Of a DNA stretch of 64,000 nt, positions 26,321 to 49,593 are shown piece after piece (positions within the stretch are counted from its first letter, which is position 1; the number at the start of each line of letters is the position of its first letter). This DNA comes from Chrysomallon squamiferum. Taxonomy: Eukaryota > Animalia > Mollusca. The stretch is from contig CM022670.1 in assembly GCA_012295275.1 (NCBI GenBank), positions 1,860,001 to 1,924,000 on the forward strand, written 5' to 3'. The position numbers and the translations under genes are program-made. Below the pieces are notes generated by a model, which worked only from the letters and a program-made list of their open reading frames with translations, did no database searches and was not told the origin of the DNA.

Positions 26321-26869
26321 ATTACTGAATTTTAAATGTCATTAAAATTATTCGTCTTAATTTATTGTTAATGCTGTGAATACAAATGTACAAACACCCA
26401 CATAAACGTACTTTGTGATGCTGTCAGAATGGTAATATTGAACTAAGCTGTTTATTTTGAACATGACAACTACAAAAAGAACCAAAGAAAACAAATAATA
26501 ATAATCTAAGCTCTGAGCGTCTTAGAGTTATGACGGGTCGTATATTCAATCCTCTTTGCAGAACCAGTTTGGACGTTTTTCATTCCAGTCAGGTCCACGT
26601 GAAAACGTATCCCTGATCTTAGAGTTTTCTCTCTTATGGCAACGTGCACAGAAAATGACCGGTGCTGTTCGTGGAAAAGAGAGAGATGTAGTGTGACTTG
26701 CAAAAAGGCCTTCTCATTATTACAATTCAAAAACTTATATTCATATTAGACAAAAGTTAGAATGAAAACGAGCAGAGATATCGTCAAATGTAATAACATT
26801 CGCAACTTCATCTTAAGCTGATATAAATATAAAGCTTTGTTTTCTTAGTTCTTATCACAGATATATAAT

Positions 26870-27851
26870 ATGACGGAACGACGAGGTTTGAAACGTGAGC
26901 TTGGCCTCTTTCAAGTTATATCGTATATCACTGGAGGAATTATCGGAGTTGGTATATTCGTAAGCCCCAGTGCAGTCCTGCAGGGTTCAGGATCGTCTCT
27001 TGGTGTCTCCCTGATTGTGTGGATCTCGTGCGCCGTCATCAGTTACTTTGGTGCGCTTTGTTATGCAGAGCTAGGTATGTGCACCTTGTAGATGAATTTT
27101 TTTTTCAAGTTAAGGCAAAGCAATAATATTATAGTCGTTGGTGAATCATATATAATGAGTAAAATAAAGCAAATATCACAAGCTGTGGATAAATAAAAAA
27201 AAAAATTAAAAAAAAAAATGTCTTAACATATGTGTCGATTTACAGATAATTTTCATAGTCATATATATATATTGTTTTAAACTTGTATTTTGAAATAATC
27301 TAGCTGTCTTCTTTTTCATTGTCTCTTCCTTTTATTACTACTGTTACTATTACTGTTATTATTATTATTATTATGATTATTATGATTATTATTATGATTA
27401 TTATTATTATGATTATTATGATTATTATGATTATTATTATGATTATGATTATTATGATTATTATGATTATTATTATGATTATTATTATTATTATTATTAT
27501 TATTAAATATGAAAAAGTTATCTTATTCTTAGTTTTTAAATTATTTATAATCTCAAGTTTAATTAGCATATGAAAAACAATATAGATAGCTAAATAATAT
27601 ATATTATTAATATTATTATTTTCCAGGAATACTTGTTCCTAAATCAGGTGGTACGTATACTTATGTAAGAGAGGCGTTTGGCGACGTTTTAGGATTCATG
27701 TGCTGTTGGGCTCACTTGGTCTTGGTACGACCTCTTGCTTCAGTTGTAGCCAGTCTTGCAGCTGCAGAATATTTCCTCAGACCATTCTTTCTCTTCTGTC
27801 CTGAGCTGATTCCACCTAAAGCTACAAAGCTGCTGGCATGCGCTGTTTTAT
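26870..27851 (+). CDS. SLC7/LAT-type amino acid transporter, exons 1-2 only (mirror copy of 44801-43936, truncated by the gap)
   Basis: Exon 26870-27074 (LKRELGLFQVISYITGGIIGVGIFVSP...GALCYAELG|GTATGT) and exon 27627-27851 (GILVPKSGGTYTYVREAFG...LRPFFLFCPELIPP...|GTAAG). Confidence 0.88.
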
Positions 27852-28166
27852 GTAAGAACTGAGAAAAGTATCACCAATAACAACCTTATCATTGTCACAT
27901 TTAATACCACCACCGCCATCATCTCTATCACCGTCAGTGCTGTTCATGATATATATCTCTCGTGATTTCTTTGTAATTTACGATTATTATTATGATTTGT
28001 TCTTTGAAGTACGTGTATCATGATAACGGTGATGAATGATAATGTTCAAGTATTGTGATTCTTCTCTCTTCGTACAAATGTGTCCTGTGAGATACCAATG
28101 CCTTAAACTCTATGACGTATGAATCATTTTCTATTAGACTTGCAAGTGTTTTGTTCAGTGACGAAT

Positions 28167-28366
28167 NNNNNNNNNNNNNNNNNNNNNNNNNNNNNNNNNN
28201 NNNNNNNNNNNNNNNNNNNNNNNNNNNNNNNNNNNNNNNNNNNNNNNNNNNNNNNNNNNNNNNNNNNNNNNNNNNNNNNNNNNNNNNNNNNNNNNNNNNN
28301 NNNNNNNNNNNNNNNNNNNNNNNNNNNNNNNNNNNNNNNNNNNNNNNNNNNNNNNNNNNNNNNNNN
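28167..28366. other. Assembly gap (200 N)
   Basis: Run of N; the round length suggests an arbitrary gap size. Confidence 1.
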
Positions 28367-28762
28367 CAGTTTTTCCCGTTTATGCATTTAAAAGATATAT
28401 CATGAATGTAACTAATGCTTCAGTGAATCTGTCTTTGTATCCATAATCTATGCATAGCTGTTGGCCTATCTAGCTATTTACCTGTCTATTTTCAATCAAT
28501 CTCGCTTTTTCTATTTAAAAATATATACATTTTTGGTATATATATTTCTTTTCTATCTTTGATATATCCGAATACTTATATTTGTTAATGAATTAATTTA
28601 ATGAACTCACAATGATATACAGAAACGGTTCTTTTGGCCTGTCTGTCTATATATCAGTCAGTGTCATACATATCAAAAATACATGAATTTTTGTATATGC
28701 CTTTCTATCTTTGATATATCTGAATACTTATGTGTGTCAATGAATTAATTTAAAGAACTCAC

Positions 28763-29549
28763 AATGGTGTACAGAGACGGCTCTGGAGTTCTTCTCTTCA
28801 CGTTTACCATTCCCAGGAACAGTGGCAGAAGACCGTCACGCCCTCCCACGAAGTTGTATCTGCAGAACAGAGAGAGGTCTTTGTTTCCAGTGTTTACCGA
28901 GGGGCGTGGGTGTGATACAAAATGAACGTATGAGAAAGATATTCAGAGTAAATAACACTGGTGATGTTCCAGAATTAAAAGAAAAATCATTTATGTCGCA
29001 AACAATAAATATCTTAAGATAATTCTTTCTTCCTATGGATTCTTTTTTTTTTTTTTAATTATTATTATTATTATTATTATATCGATTATTATTTTTATTT
29101 ATTTATTTATTTTATTCATTTATTTTGTATTTTGTATTTTTATTTTTATATTTTTTGGTAGCCAATCAGTTTAACTGAACTGAGAGAACAACCTTAGTTA
29201 CACCAGTTACTGGGCACTGGTTTTTATGCAGAACTAGCGAAATGCATCCACCAACACGAATCAATCGAACATCCCACTGAATTTGAAAAACCTTTTATGG
29301 AAGTTCACTCAGCGTTGAGCGTAACTGACGTACCTGCTTGATATGAACGTGATTGTGTTGACAACACCGAAAGCAGAAACACCAATACACGGCACTATGA
29401 ACCACTTGGCAAAACCAAGACCTTTCTCTCCGAAAATCTAAAAAACCAAAAACAAATAACAATGACAAAACAAGCGAAAAAACTTTTAAAAAAAACAACC
29501 AATAAATAAAAAAAATAAAAAAAATAAATAAATAAATAAATAAATAAAA

Positions 29550-29588
<39 letters not shown>

Positions 29589-30986
29589 AAAAATAAAAAA
29601 ATAAAAAAATAAATAAAAAAAAATAAAAAAAATAAATAAAAAAAAATATATAAATAAAAAAAAATAAATGTATAAATAAATAAATAAAACAAAATAAAAT
29701 AAATAAAATAAAATAAAATAAAATAAAATAAAATAAATAAATAAAATTAAATTAAATTAATTAAAATTATATAAATAAACAAACAAATAAATAAATAATA
29801 AACAAATAAATAAATAAATAAATAAATATCTGTGTGATAATAATAAACATCTGTTGTAAAGACACTACTTAGATAACTAGAAATAGTCGTACAAATCTGA
29901 TAATACTGAAATAAAGACATTTTATAAATCGTTTTTTTTTCTCATACTCTTCTTCTGTAACCAATACATAAAAATATAAAAAATAAAAAAATAAATAAAT
30001 AAATAAATAACAATTAAAAAAATAAAGAAACAAACAAACAAAAACTGTTCATCTTAAGTAGTCGTATCAGTTTACGTATCAATTCGACTTCATCCTAAAT
30101 TGGGCGAATAAATGTTTTTTTTATTCATTATTCAGTTCAGATAATATTTACATTTTACTGAAATGAACTTGGATTAAACTTTTTAACTGAAATTAGTATG
30201 AACGTTATTAACGGCATATACTCTTTGTAAAATTATAATTTTAGATCGGATATAACATGATCAAAAACTATGTCCCAACCCACCCTAACTTTTTGTAAAG
30301 GAAAACGTAACGAACTGTTCAAACAGAAAGTTACTTACAACCGCAACAGCAACACCCGATAAAATCTCTTCGTTAGTTAGGACGACGTGGTAGGCAACGA
30401 TCACCAAAAGGTAGACGACTGCCGGCACAGAGAGTCCAACTAGGATTGCCAAAGGTAGCACTCTGTAAAATAATGAATGATGTCATTCGTTCATGCTAGA
30501 TTTCAAATAATGAACATTAAAATAGTAATGAAACAGAAAAAGAAAAAGAAGAAAAAGCCCAACACAAAAAAACCCCCTGCAAAACCGCCCCCCCCAAAAA
30601 AAACACACACAACAACAACAGATTAATTATTAATAATATACACGATTATACAGGAATGTTAATTTTAATGACTAGGACTCGAAAAGGATAAAATTTAATT
30701 ACGCACATTTTAATGGTTTTTATATAATTCTCGCAAATACATACATGCACATATATACGTACATTTAGACAGACAAACAGACAGAAAAACATAGACGGAC
30801 ACTCACGTCCTGAATCCTTTTTACTAACAAGGATTCTTCGTTTCGTACTCACTTTTTCGAGTTTCGAATTTCTTCCAGACCCGTGTTTGCACTGTCCCTT
30901 AAAATGATTTCATATAGTTCAAGTTTCATAATAATACTAATACTACTACTACTACGACTACTACTAATACTACTACTAATAATAAC

Positions 30987-31028
<42 letters not shown>

Positions 31029-31098
31029 CATAATAATAATAATCATAATCATAATCATTATGTATATAATAATAATAATCATGATCATAATAAAACAA

Positions 31099-31141
<43 letters not shown>

Positions 31142-32355
31142 GCTTCTGCTATTACTAAGACTACTTGTGTTTCGGATATTTCGGAATTTTCGGATTTTGG
31201 ATTGCAAGGTGAGAGAATATGATCTAAGTATAACCTGGAAATCGACGTGCATTTGATAATTTTGTACATAAAATAAAGTTTGGATACTCTTGTAAACCAT
31301 CGGAAAACCATTTGTTATCACTATTTTGGAGCTTTTTCTGATTTCGGAATTTCGAATTCCGGTAGAAATAGCAGTAGTAGCAGTAGAATCAGTGCTATAA
31401 TATAAACAGGAATAAAAACAGCTGTTGTAGTAATAATAGCAGTAAGTGTTGCTGTAGTAGTAATGGTAATTGCAGTATTATTACTAGACAATAGTTGTTG
31501 TATTGGATGTAGAATATCAATATCATGTTTTATGATTTTATCGTCAGAACCTATTATATCGTAATAATATTTAGCAGATAATAACTTGTGATGTACACAA
31601 AGCTTAAATGCTTTTGTTTTTGTCGACCTACAAACGTAAGTTGAATATGTTGTTTTCTCGGTCTATTGCCTTTCATCTTTTGTACAAAAAATACACAAAA
31701 AAACAACAATGTGCCAGCTTCCACTAACACTAATCAGCTTGTTATATTATTGTCAATTTGCAATGCTTTATTTGTAGGGAAAAAAGAACAAAGAGGAACT
31801 TTGCATATTAGTACTTGAAATAAAGCGCGGAGGTTTTTAGGTCAGTTATGTATTTATAGCACTGAATGAACGCAATAAGGGAATAATCAAAATCACCAGC
31901 CTAGAAACGCATACCAACACGAATAGAAAGCCATAGCAAGACCGCCTGGGGTAAGGTTCTCGGGTTCAAATGGGCGATACAAATTCTCGTTTTTACCTGA
32001 ATGAACGAGAAAACAAACCTGATTTGGATTCATCTCGATGACACACTCAAACTGCTCTCTGAATTTGTTTCTGTTATTGTATGCTGTATATATATATATA
32101 AATTAAATTAGGTATCTAGCAATATGAAAATTATAAACGCATAAATAAACAAACAAATAAGAGTGTATTTATGAACTATCTTCAACTAAGGTTGTTTCTG
32201 TTTTGCTGTATGACTTTTATATAATTTTTAAATCAAATTTATTATTTTGTATATTCTATAGCTTTCTATCTTATCCTCTACATAAATAAATGTTAAGTCT
32301 GAGAGAAAGAGAAATAGACAGAAATATATAGATAGTGATATTGTTAGCGAGACAG

Positions 32356-32439
<84 letters not shown>

Positions 32440-32773
32440 GAAATAGAGAAAGCGTTATCTAATCAACTCAGTACAAGATACAGCTTTTACCTTGTACAAG
32501 ATGTATAATTCCAGCAATAATTATTATTGCAAGAGCACACAGTTTGCATACTGTTGATAACACCTGAAGTTTGGATCCAATCTTAACACTTGCGCTGTTA
32601 GCCGCGATAATGATCACTAAATGTGAAAATTAATGTACATGTAATTTTTCTATCGTCATGTCAAAACAGAAAATCAATCTCTAAAACTCACTATCTCAAA
32701 ACTTATGACAAATAAAATGTTTCATGGCTTTCTTGATTGTTATAGTTCTTGTTGTAGTAGTAGCAGTAGTTAC

Positions 32774-32822
<49 letters not shown>

Positions 32823-32967
32823 TTCATGATAGGCACCAAAAAATATTTTATAATAACATTGCTATTGATAATAAGGCTGTAGACATAGGATGCTGAATTC
32901 AACATTAGAGCAAAGCATACGTCTCACTAACCAACCACTAACTATAGAAGAATAAAACAGAATGAAC

Positions 32968-33051
<84 letters not shown>

Positions 33052-33334
33052 ATGAACATTTTACTTAAAACAACTGCTGCCAGTAATTTTTTTGCATTAG
33101 ATGGAATCATTTCTGGGCAGAAAAGGAAAAACGGTCTGACCAAATACTCGGAAACTGCGACGCAGGCAACTATACAGCCAAGAGGTCGAAGCAGAATGAG
33201 GTTAGCCCAGGAACACATAAAACCCAAACCATCTCCGAAAGCTTCTTTTATGTACAGATAAGTTCCTCCTGACTTAGGAATAAGTGTGCCTGTAGAAATA
33301 TGTAATTGTATGTATCTATATATGTGTATATATA

Positions 33335-33375
<41 letters not shown>

Positions 33376-33777
33376 GAGTGAATGCGTGTGTTGTATTATG
33401 TATAAATATAATAATGTATATATATTTTAATGAATGTATGTTCGTCGCTGTTTGTATATTACTGATAATTTACATATGTATCATTACACAAATTCTTAAA
33501 TTCAGTTTATATAAATTTGGTATTAAGAATCTCCTTCAGTTAACAAACAAAATTTAAAATGTTTACCTAGCTCTGCGTAACAAACTGCACCAAAGTAGCT
33601 GATGACGGCGCACGAGATCCACACAATCAGGGAGACACCAAGAGACGATCCTGAACCCTGCAGGACTGCACTGGGGCTTACGAATATACCAACTCCGATA
33701 ATTCCTCCAGTGATATAAGCGGTGACTTGAAAAAAGCTGAGATGTCGTTTGATTTGTACAGGATGGTTGGCCGACAT
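28763..33777 (-). CDS. SLC7/LAT-type amino acid transporter, paralogue b, exons 1-8 (3' exons missing at the gap)
   Basis: GT-AG exons 33777-33567, 33289-33065, 32616-32491, 31996-31897, 30897-30853, 30462-30339, 29437-29334, 28859-28763 join in frame, with the same phases and near-identical lengths as the complete paralogue. Motifs: CYAELGTLIPKSGG, AFYSCWYAFLGWDSANTGLEEIRN, SSRYNFVGGRDGLLP. Confidence 0.9.
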
Positions 33778-35336
33778 TTTTTTTTAAGTCCTATGTCTAC
33801 GTATATCTACACAGGTATCTAGATATAAATTTAATAAATCTGATCCCTCTCCATTCATCTGTTGAACTAGAACTGCATTTAAAAAAAAGGCTTAGTGGTC
33901 CGTAGATACATACTATTTATACTATTTGAATATTCAGTTTTGGAAATGTAATTAACCAAAGTATTGAATTCGATTGTAGTTTTACCGGTGATGATTAAAA
34001 TAAGCACAGCACCGATACAGTCATTGCAATGGGACACATTATTCGTTACAAACAAAGCCATCTGCATTTCTGAATGTATTCTTGTATAGTGACAGAACAA
34101 AACTGAAACAGATGCGAACGTTATGCGTACGTGTCTTTTATCATTATTATTATTATTTCGGAGTACGTTTAATAGATGCACTCACCAAATATAATGTAGA
34201 ATTGATGTTATCCAGTACAATACGTGGAAACCACAAGTACTTTTACTAATTCGTTCAGTTCAGGAAAAACACTGAATTCACATCTGTCTTATCGCAGATG
34301 ATGTGTCAGTCAAAGTAAATCAATTTATAAGTTATCTTTTTTCCTTGATAGGCTATAATGAACAATAAAAAATGTCTCCCTTTTCTTCCCCCCCGTTTCC
34401 CATATTTCTCTTTTTTATAGATTTATCGAAAACCTTGTTTACAGACAAAGGGTGTTTCATACATACATACACACTAAACTAAAACACTGATATACACGCG
34501 TTTTCTGCACTTTTAATATATATGTTATCGTGTGGCTGTTTGGGTGTGTGTGTGTGCGTGCGTGTGTGTGTGTGTTCGTCTGTCTGTGTGTGTGTGTGTA
34601 TATGTCTGTGTGTGCATGTGTATATATATATTGATAATAGTAATTTCTTATTATTCTTTCTAGTCACAAAATATCAAGTTAAGCAGTTTCAACTGAGACT
34701 TGAGGTGTTTTCCCCTCGTCTTCCCTCGCTCTCTGATATGTAACGTTGTCGTGTTGTTGATATTTGTTTGTGTGCAGGTACCACGGTTAATAATAACAAT
34801 AACAAAATTAGTATTTCATCAGCGCAACGAATATAAGCTATACATTGTATCTTAAGCAAATCAGTCTGAAAAGATGTTTATGGTGAAGGGGCAAACGGCT
34901 CAGTAATTCAGACCTGTGTTAGGTTAGGCGTCTGGCCCCAGTCTCACAATCACACACAAATCAGATTTCTTGGCACAAGCAAGAGAAATTATTCACGTAA
35001 ATCTACGACAATCAACAGCTGAAACATTCCTTTCGCAGAAAAAACTTCCATAGTTTGATTCCTTTCCTATGAAAACGATGACACTAAATAAGGAGAAATG
35101 TGAATTTTGTAAAAATCAGAAAGAAAGCAATCAAAGAGATTTAAGGAACTATGTTTATCGGCTTCTTTTCTTGGGCTGGAAGGAAAGCTTTGAGTACCAA
35201 GTATATATTAGTCGCCGATTGGGCGAAATTGATTTATATAATTTATGTATTTGTTGTAAATTATTGTATATATTACATTTTATTCCCAACATATAACCCG
35301 TGTGGGGATGCATTTTGAAATACAAATAGATATCAT

Positions 35337-35430
<94 letters not shown>

Positions 35431-35432
<2 letters not shown>

Positions 35433-35800
35433 AGTATAGAAATATAATTAAAATCGCTTTTATGTAATGAATTATGAAATTATCAACTAAAAAATTATTA
35501 TAATATTTATTTTATTACACTATCAAGATTCAAAAATAATAATAACATTCTCTTTATTATAAAATATATATCAGCTGACTTATATTCATTTAAATTACCG
35601 TTATCATAAGTTCAATACAAAATTGTTCTCATAACTAAACCTAATGTGTTATCATTTATAACAAGTTCTATATAATACTGTTATTATAAGTAATATATTG
35701 TTATCGTAACATATTATACTTTTTTCATAAATACTAAATTATGCTTTTATCATATATTATATTACGAATATTTTTCAATAATATATGATATATTATACAA
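35431..35800. repeat. AT-rich dispersed repeat shared with the protease-cluster intergenic DNA
   Basis: Follows a (CT)n tract and aligns with 52843-53270 (agtatagaaatat...tcagctgacttatattc...ttattataagtaatatattgtta), 48920-49110 and the reverse complements at 18470-18850 and 22560-22740. Confidence 0.75.
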
Positions 35801-36374
35801 GTATTTTATTAAACTATTGTTCATGACGATAAACATTTTGTTTGATAAATACGAAAATAACTGTAATAAATATTTTACTCAGTATATATATATATATATA
35901 AAAAAGTAACTGTGCATGATACAATTTTGCATACAATTACATATTTTCGAAAATCAGAGAAAGGAAAAATAATTGCATATTCATCAAAGCACTGTCTTCG
36001 ATATTTTGGTCAAGGTTCACTCCTTGCACATTCATTTCATGTGCAGGGTGAAAAAATGTGTGTTTTGACTGTTTTGCTGCTACATGATATTTATACACGC
36101 TGTTTTTGAAAATGAAAAACACACAATGGTTGCTTCACCATTTGCAACTTTGAAAAGCTCGGCTGTTTAGCAGAATATGTCAGGCCACGTCTTTCTTGCA
36201 AAGCCTGTTTGAACGCTAATGGCGGTCACACAACATATTCACTCTACATAGTGTCTAGCGTTAGCACGTAAAGAGTTGACATTTCAGTAAATAAACATTT
36301 ATAACAGACTGCCAAACATCACCAGCTCACAGTTACTTTTTCCCCATTAGTACACACACACATACACACACACA

Positions 36375-36433
<59 letters not shown>

Positions 36434-36844
36434 ACACATATCCTGTGCGCAGCTAACAAAAATCAATAAATGTTGAACTTTAACCAATAAATATAGTCAG
36501 CTTTATATAAAACAAACAGTAATTACTTAACTTAACATGAAAATACATTCTGTCTTATTATATATACAAAAAATAAAATAAAATAAAATAAAATAAAATA
36601 AAATGATTCCGCTAAATTAAAACAGCAATGTTTAAATTATATTATGAATATTTTGTAATTAGTTTAAAAGTTAAGATCAGGTTTAAAAAACAAAACAAAT
36701 AAAACCATACGTAACAATTTTTAAAAAATACAGGTCCTGAACAATTCTTAGGACTACACAAACTTGATCAGAATCAAATATTTTGACTATACAAGGCTAT
36801 AAAATATGATGTTTTAACTCAAAAACACATAAGAATAAAAATGA

Positions 36845-44801
<7,957 letters not shown>

Positions 44802-46598
44802 ATTATATATCTGTGATAAGAACTAAGAAAACAAAGCTTTATATTTATATCAGCTTAAGATGAAGTTGCGAATGTTATTACATTTGACGATATCTCTGCT
44901 CGTTTTCATTCTAACTTTTGTCTAATATGAATATATAAGTTTCTGTATTGTAATAATGAGAAGGCCTTTTTGCAAGTCACGCTACATCTCACTCTTTTCC
45001 ACGAAGAGCACCGGTCATTTTCTGTGCACGTTGCCATAAGAGAGAAAACTCTAAGATCAGGGATACGTTTTCACGTGGACCTGACTGGAATGAAAAACGT
45101 CCAAATTGGTTCTGCAAAGAGGATTGAATATACGACCCGTCATAACTCTAAGACGCTCAGAGCTTAGATTATTATTATTTTTTTTATTTGGTTCTTTTTG
45201 TAGTTGTCATGTTCAAAATAAACAGTTTAGTTCAATATTACCATTCTGACAGCATAACAAATTACGTTTATGTGGGTGTTTGTACATTTGTATTCACAGC
45301 ATTAACAATAAATTAAGACGAATAATTTTAATGACATTTAAAATTCAGTAATATACATAAGTATTTCACTGTCATATTACAAATAACTTGCATACGTATT
45401 TCACTGTCATATTACAAATAACTTACATAAGTATTTCACTGTCATATTACAAATAACTTACATGAGTATTTCACTGTCATATTTCTAATAACTTGCATAA
45501 GTATTTCACTGTCATATTACTAATAACTTACATAAGTATTTCACTGTCATAATACTAATAACTTTACTGAACAATACATTAAAGATGTATTTAAAATATT
45601 CGTGTACAAGAAATAAAATAAAACACTTATTTTCGACGATGTTCAGCCTCCTTTGTCACGCTTGTCATTTCAACGTTCACAGAATGGCTGGACGTGATGG
45701 CGCAAATACAAAACACGTCTAAAACATGATACTTCTCAAACAAATGACCTTGTAATTTTTTTTTTCTATGAAAGGAATGCTGCTGAAATATCTGGTACAG
45801 TTTTGTATTCTTAGAGCTTTTTTAGAGTAACGATAACAACAACAACAGTATCAACAACAACAATAATAATAAATAATAATAATGAAAAAAATGAAGATAA
45901 TAATGACCATGAAAAACAGTAACAACAACAAAAATAATAATGATAATAATAATAATAACAATAATAATAACAGAAACAACAATAGCAATGATGATACTGA
46001 CGATGATGATGATGATGCCACGGTGATGGTGGACGTCATGATGACGCACTGGATGATATTAACTAAGATGATAAAATAATGTGATAATACCGGTTATGTT
46101 TAAGAGTATTTATAGGCTATGATTAGCAGAAACAATCGAGATCAGCATCAAGAAAGATAGTAACGTATGGCATTTAATAAATACAATACTTTAAATATTA
46201 TGAGTGATATTTTGATTTAAGGTGTGTCTGTAAAAACAGAGGAAGCCTGGGACAATAATGAGAGCAAGATCAATACTCATAAGCGCTCCTGTTGGGTTTA
46301 TTTGTGCCCCTGCTCAGTTTCGTAGTACCTGTTTACATCAAGATTAGTTTTTCTGTATATGTGAAGAGCATGTATCACAGTATCTTCTTTCGTAATTTTC
46401 ATTCAGTTAATAATGCGTGAACGTTATCTAAAAAAATCAGTTAATGTTAATTTTTATTATAGTTATATCGATATTCACTGAATTATGTTAGCATAGCTTT
46501 GTTCTATTTACATTCACTGAATTATGCTGTTACTCTCGCAGATATACTATTCATGATAACACTTTCATATAATTACATTCAATAATAATTTTAAAAAG

Positions 46599-46704
<106 letters not shown>

Positions 46705-47093
46705 GTATGTATTTTTTGTGTATGTATGTATGTGTGTGTGTGTATATATATACACATATATATATATACATACACACGCATATATATATCCCTTTATCTA
46801 TTTCCCCCATTAAGTTTTATCTTGTACATAAATAGTCTAGCTGTTTTAAACTTGATACTCTATTGTGGTTGCTATCTATATTATTAATCTTAACAGCAGT
46901 AATAGTTACACAAAAATGTTAGTTGATTATATATGAAAGCCAGCTTGTTTCTACACTTATTTACGCTGTTTGTTCAGCGTGTTATTCAGTGTAAACAGAT
47001 AGGTACGCTGTACTGTCTGGGTCACGCCACTGTGATTCTCAGAGATAACTCTATAGTTTATTCACACCGGTGTTGTTTACGCGAGACTCGACA

Positions 47094-48170
47094 ATGGCCG
47101 GCAAAAATTCGGAGGACGAAACTGACGGAGCGACGCTTCAGTATATACACAACAGGGCTATAGACGTCGTTCGAAAACTGAACGAAGTTGACGTCAGAAG
47201 CGATCCACGTCTACGATGCGTTCGGTTCTACCAGAGTCAGAGTCAGCTCAGCCTGTCTGACCGTCCTGTCATTGTCAACGTACAGCTGAGCTCCAGCAAG
47301 CCGGTACATAGCAAATGGATACGTCAAATAACGTACGCAATAGACCAAATCTGTTTGGCCGTTCCCGGTCTCGTGTTACAAATTTCCACATCGGAGTATT
47401 CCAAAATTAAAATGGTGGGTGACAAGAATGATCAGGCGTTTTGTAAAGGAAGTATATTTCAGTACGATGACGTCGTCGTTTCGCTCGGCGACGAACACCC
47501 GGTTTCTAAACGGACCGTAATTCACGAACTGCTGCACGCGCTGGGATTCGAGCACGAACACAAACGTAAGGATGCTGGGGATTTTGTTAAAAGTAAAGTG
47601 CCGAAAGACGATCCTTGGTATCGAGACTTCTCCACCGATTCTCACGTGCTGGCTCTCACTCGGTACGACGTGTTCAGCGTCATGCACTACCCGGAAAGTG
47701 AAGATCTTGTACGGAAGCCCGACGAGGACACAGCCTGGAAGCTGAAACCGTCGAGCCTGGTTAACGAGGAATTGAGCGAACTCGATAAACTCAGTTTAAA
47801 CTTGGTCTTCCCACCGTGTGCGAAAACGGATTATGAACCAAAACGAGGCTCCGGAAGTGGATTGTTTTATTGTGGAAGACGAGTCATGTCGTTCAACAAT
47901 CGTCCCTGTCCGACAACTACGGATGAAAAATGCGGACCGAACAACGGTCCAAACTGTCCAGCCTGCCGCGTGTTGAGATCCGACACCGCAGACGACTTCA
48001 CTGGAAAGGGGCGGTGGCAGGGCTGGTCAGGGTGGGTGTACTGTGGACGGGAATTCGACTACTTAAAATCGATTCCAGGTCATGATGGCCACTGTGGACC
48101 AAATAACGGAGTACCGTGCAAAGACTGTTTTAAAATTTTGTGTCCTGATATCAAATACATCACTGAGTAA
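47094..48170 (+). CDS. Intronless astacin-like zinc metalloprotease with two Cys4 repeats, copy B' (358 aa)
   Basis: Mirror of 23473-24549; the translations differ only at TTDE[R/K]CGP; ATG at 47094. Confidence 0.92.
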   Translation: MAGKNSEDETDGATLQYIHNRAIDVVRKLNEVDVRSDPRLRCVRFYQSQSQLSLSDRPVIVNVQLSSSKPVHSKWIRQITYAIDQICLAVPGLVLQISTSEYSKIKMVGDKNDQAFCKGSIFQYDDVVVSLGDEHPVSKRTVIHELLHALGFEHEHKRKDAGDFVKSKVPKDDPWYRDFSTDSHVLALTRYDVFSVMHYPESEDLVRKPDEDTAWKLKPSSLVNEELSELDKLSLNLVFPPCAKTDYEPKRGSGSGLFYCGRRVMSFNNRPCPTTTDEKCGPNNGPNCPACRVLRSDTADDFTGKGRWQGWSGWVYCGREFDYLKSIPGHDGHCGPNNGVPCKDCFKILCPDIKYITE

Positions 48171-48387
48171 CATTAAAATTTAAACATGTGACGTCTTTGT
48201 TGGACTGATTTTATTAGATACGAATTTTTATTAAACAGTAAATGCAAAGATGACAATGAACTGGTATCTCTCTGACGGTATTGGAAAACAAAGTACTAAA
48301 ATGTAGGCCTATATGTTTTCATTTAAAGTAATTTGTTTAATTTTAAAAACACAATTATTTAATCTGAGAAAGCAATGATGCGTGCAT

Positions 48388-48479
<92 letters not shown>

Positions 48480-49442
48480 ATGAGCCTATTTATTGAGAGA
48501 GAAAATTTCCTTTAGAGAGAGAATGAGGAAATAAATTTTGTTTTAATTTGTCATTAACAAGTATATCTGAAAACAGTTCTCATTACAGTGTCACTAAATA
48601 ATGTATATAAAGAAGAGTTAAATATATATATATAGATAGATAGATAGATAGATATATAGATATACATATAGATATAGATATGTATATGTAATGGTATCTA
48701 GAATAATGTTTTGTAACAATGCACATTCATTTTATATATAATAATAAGATATAGATAATCAAATGTTTTACATTTTTATTATTCTGTATAATATTTACAC
48801 ATATATTTTATGTCATTTTCAAAAACAAAAAATATTAAAATTGATAAAGAAAATAAATTATATTTTCACTAAATTGTATTTATTATTTCTTGACTTTTTT
48901 AAAATATACTAAATACAACATTATCTTTATTATAAAATATACATCAGCTGATATATTCATTTAAATTAAAAGCACTGTACAATACTGTTATTATAAGTAA
49001 TATATTGTTATCGTAAATAACATATTATACTTTTTTTCATTAATACTTTATTATGCTTCTATAATATATTATATTATGAACATTTTTCAATAATATATGA
49101 TATATTTCACACATCAATACTCATAAGCGCCCCTGTTGGGTTTATTTGTGCCCAGCTCAGTTTTAAAGTACCTGTTTACGGCAAGATTAGTTTTTCTGTA
49201 TATGTGAAGAACATGTATCACACTATCTTCTTTCGTAATTTTCATTTTACTAGTAATGTTTATATGTGTACGTATGTGTACATACATACATACATACATA
49301 TATATATGTATATTTGCTAAAACACACATACACATATATACACTAATTATGAACATTATGTTCACTGAATTATGTTGTTACTCTCACACATATACTATTC
49401 ATGACAAAACTGTTTCATATTACATTGAATAATAATAAAAAT

Positions 49443-49545
<103 letters not shown>

Positions 49546-49593
49546 ACAGCAGTATAAACAAAGATTAGTTTGTGTTACTACTACTGAATACTG

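Noticed and set aside
31165-31362. TTCGGA-rich intronic segment resembling a DNA-transposon remnant
   Set aside because: No definable termini or second copy in the window.
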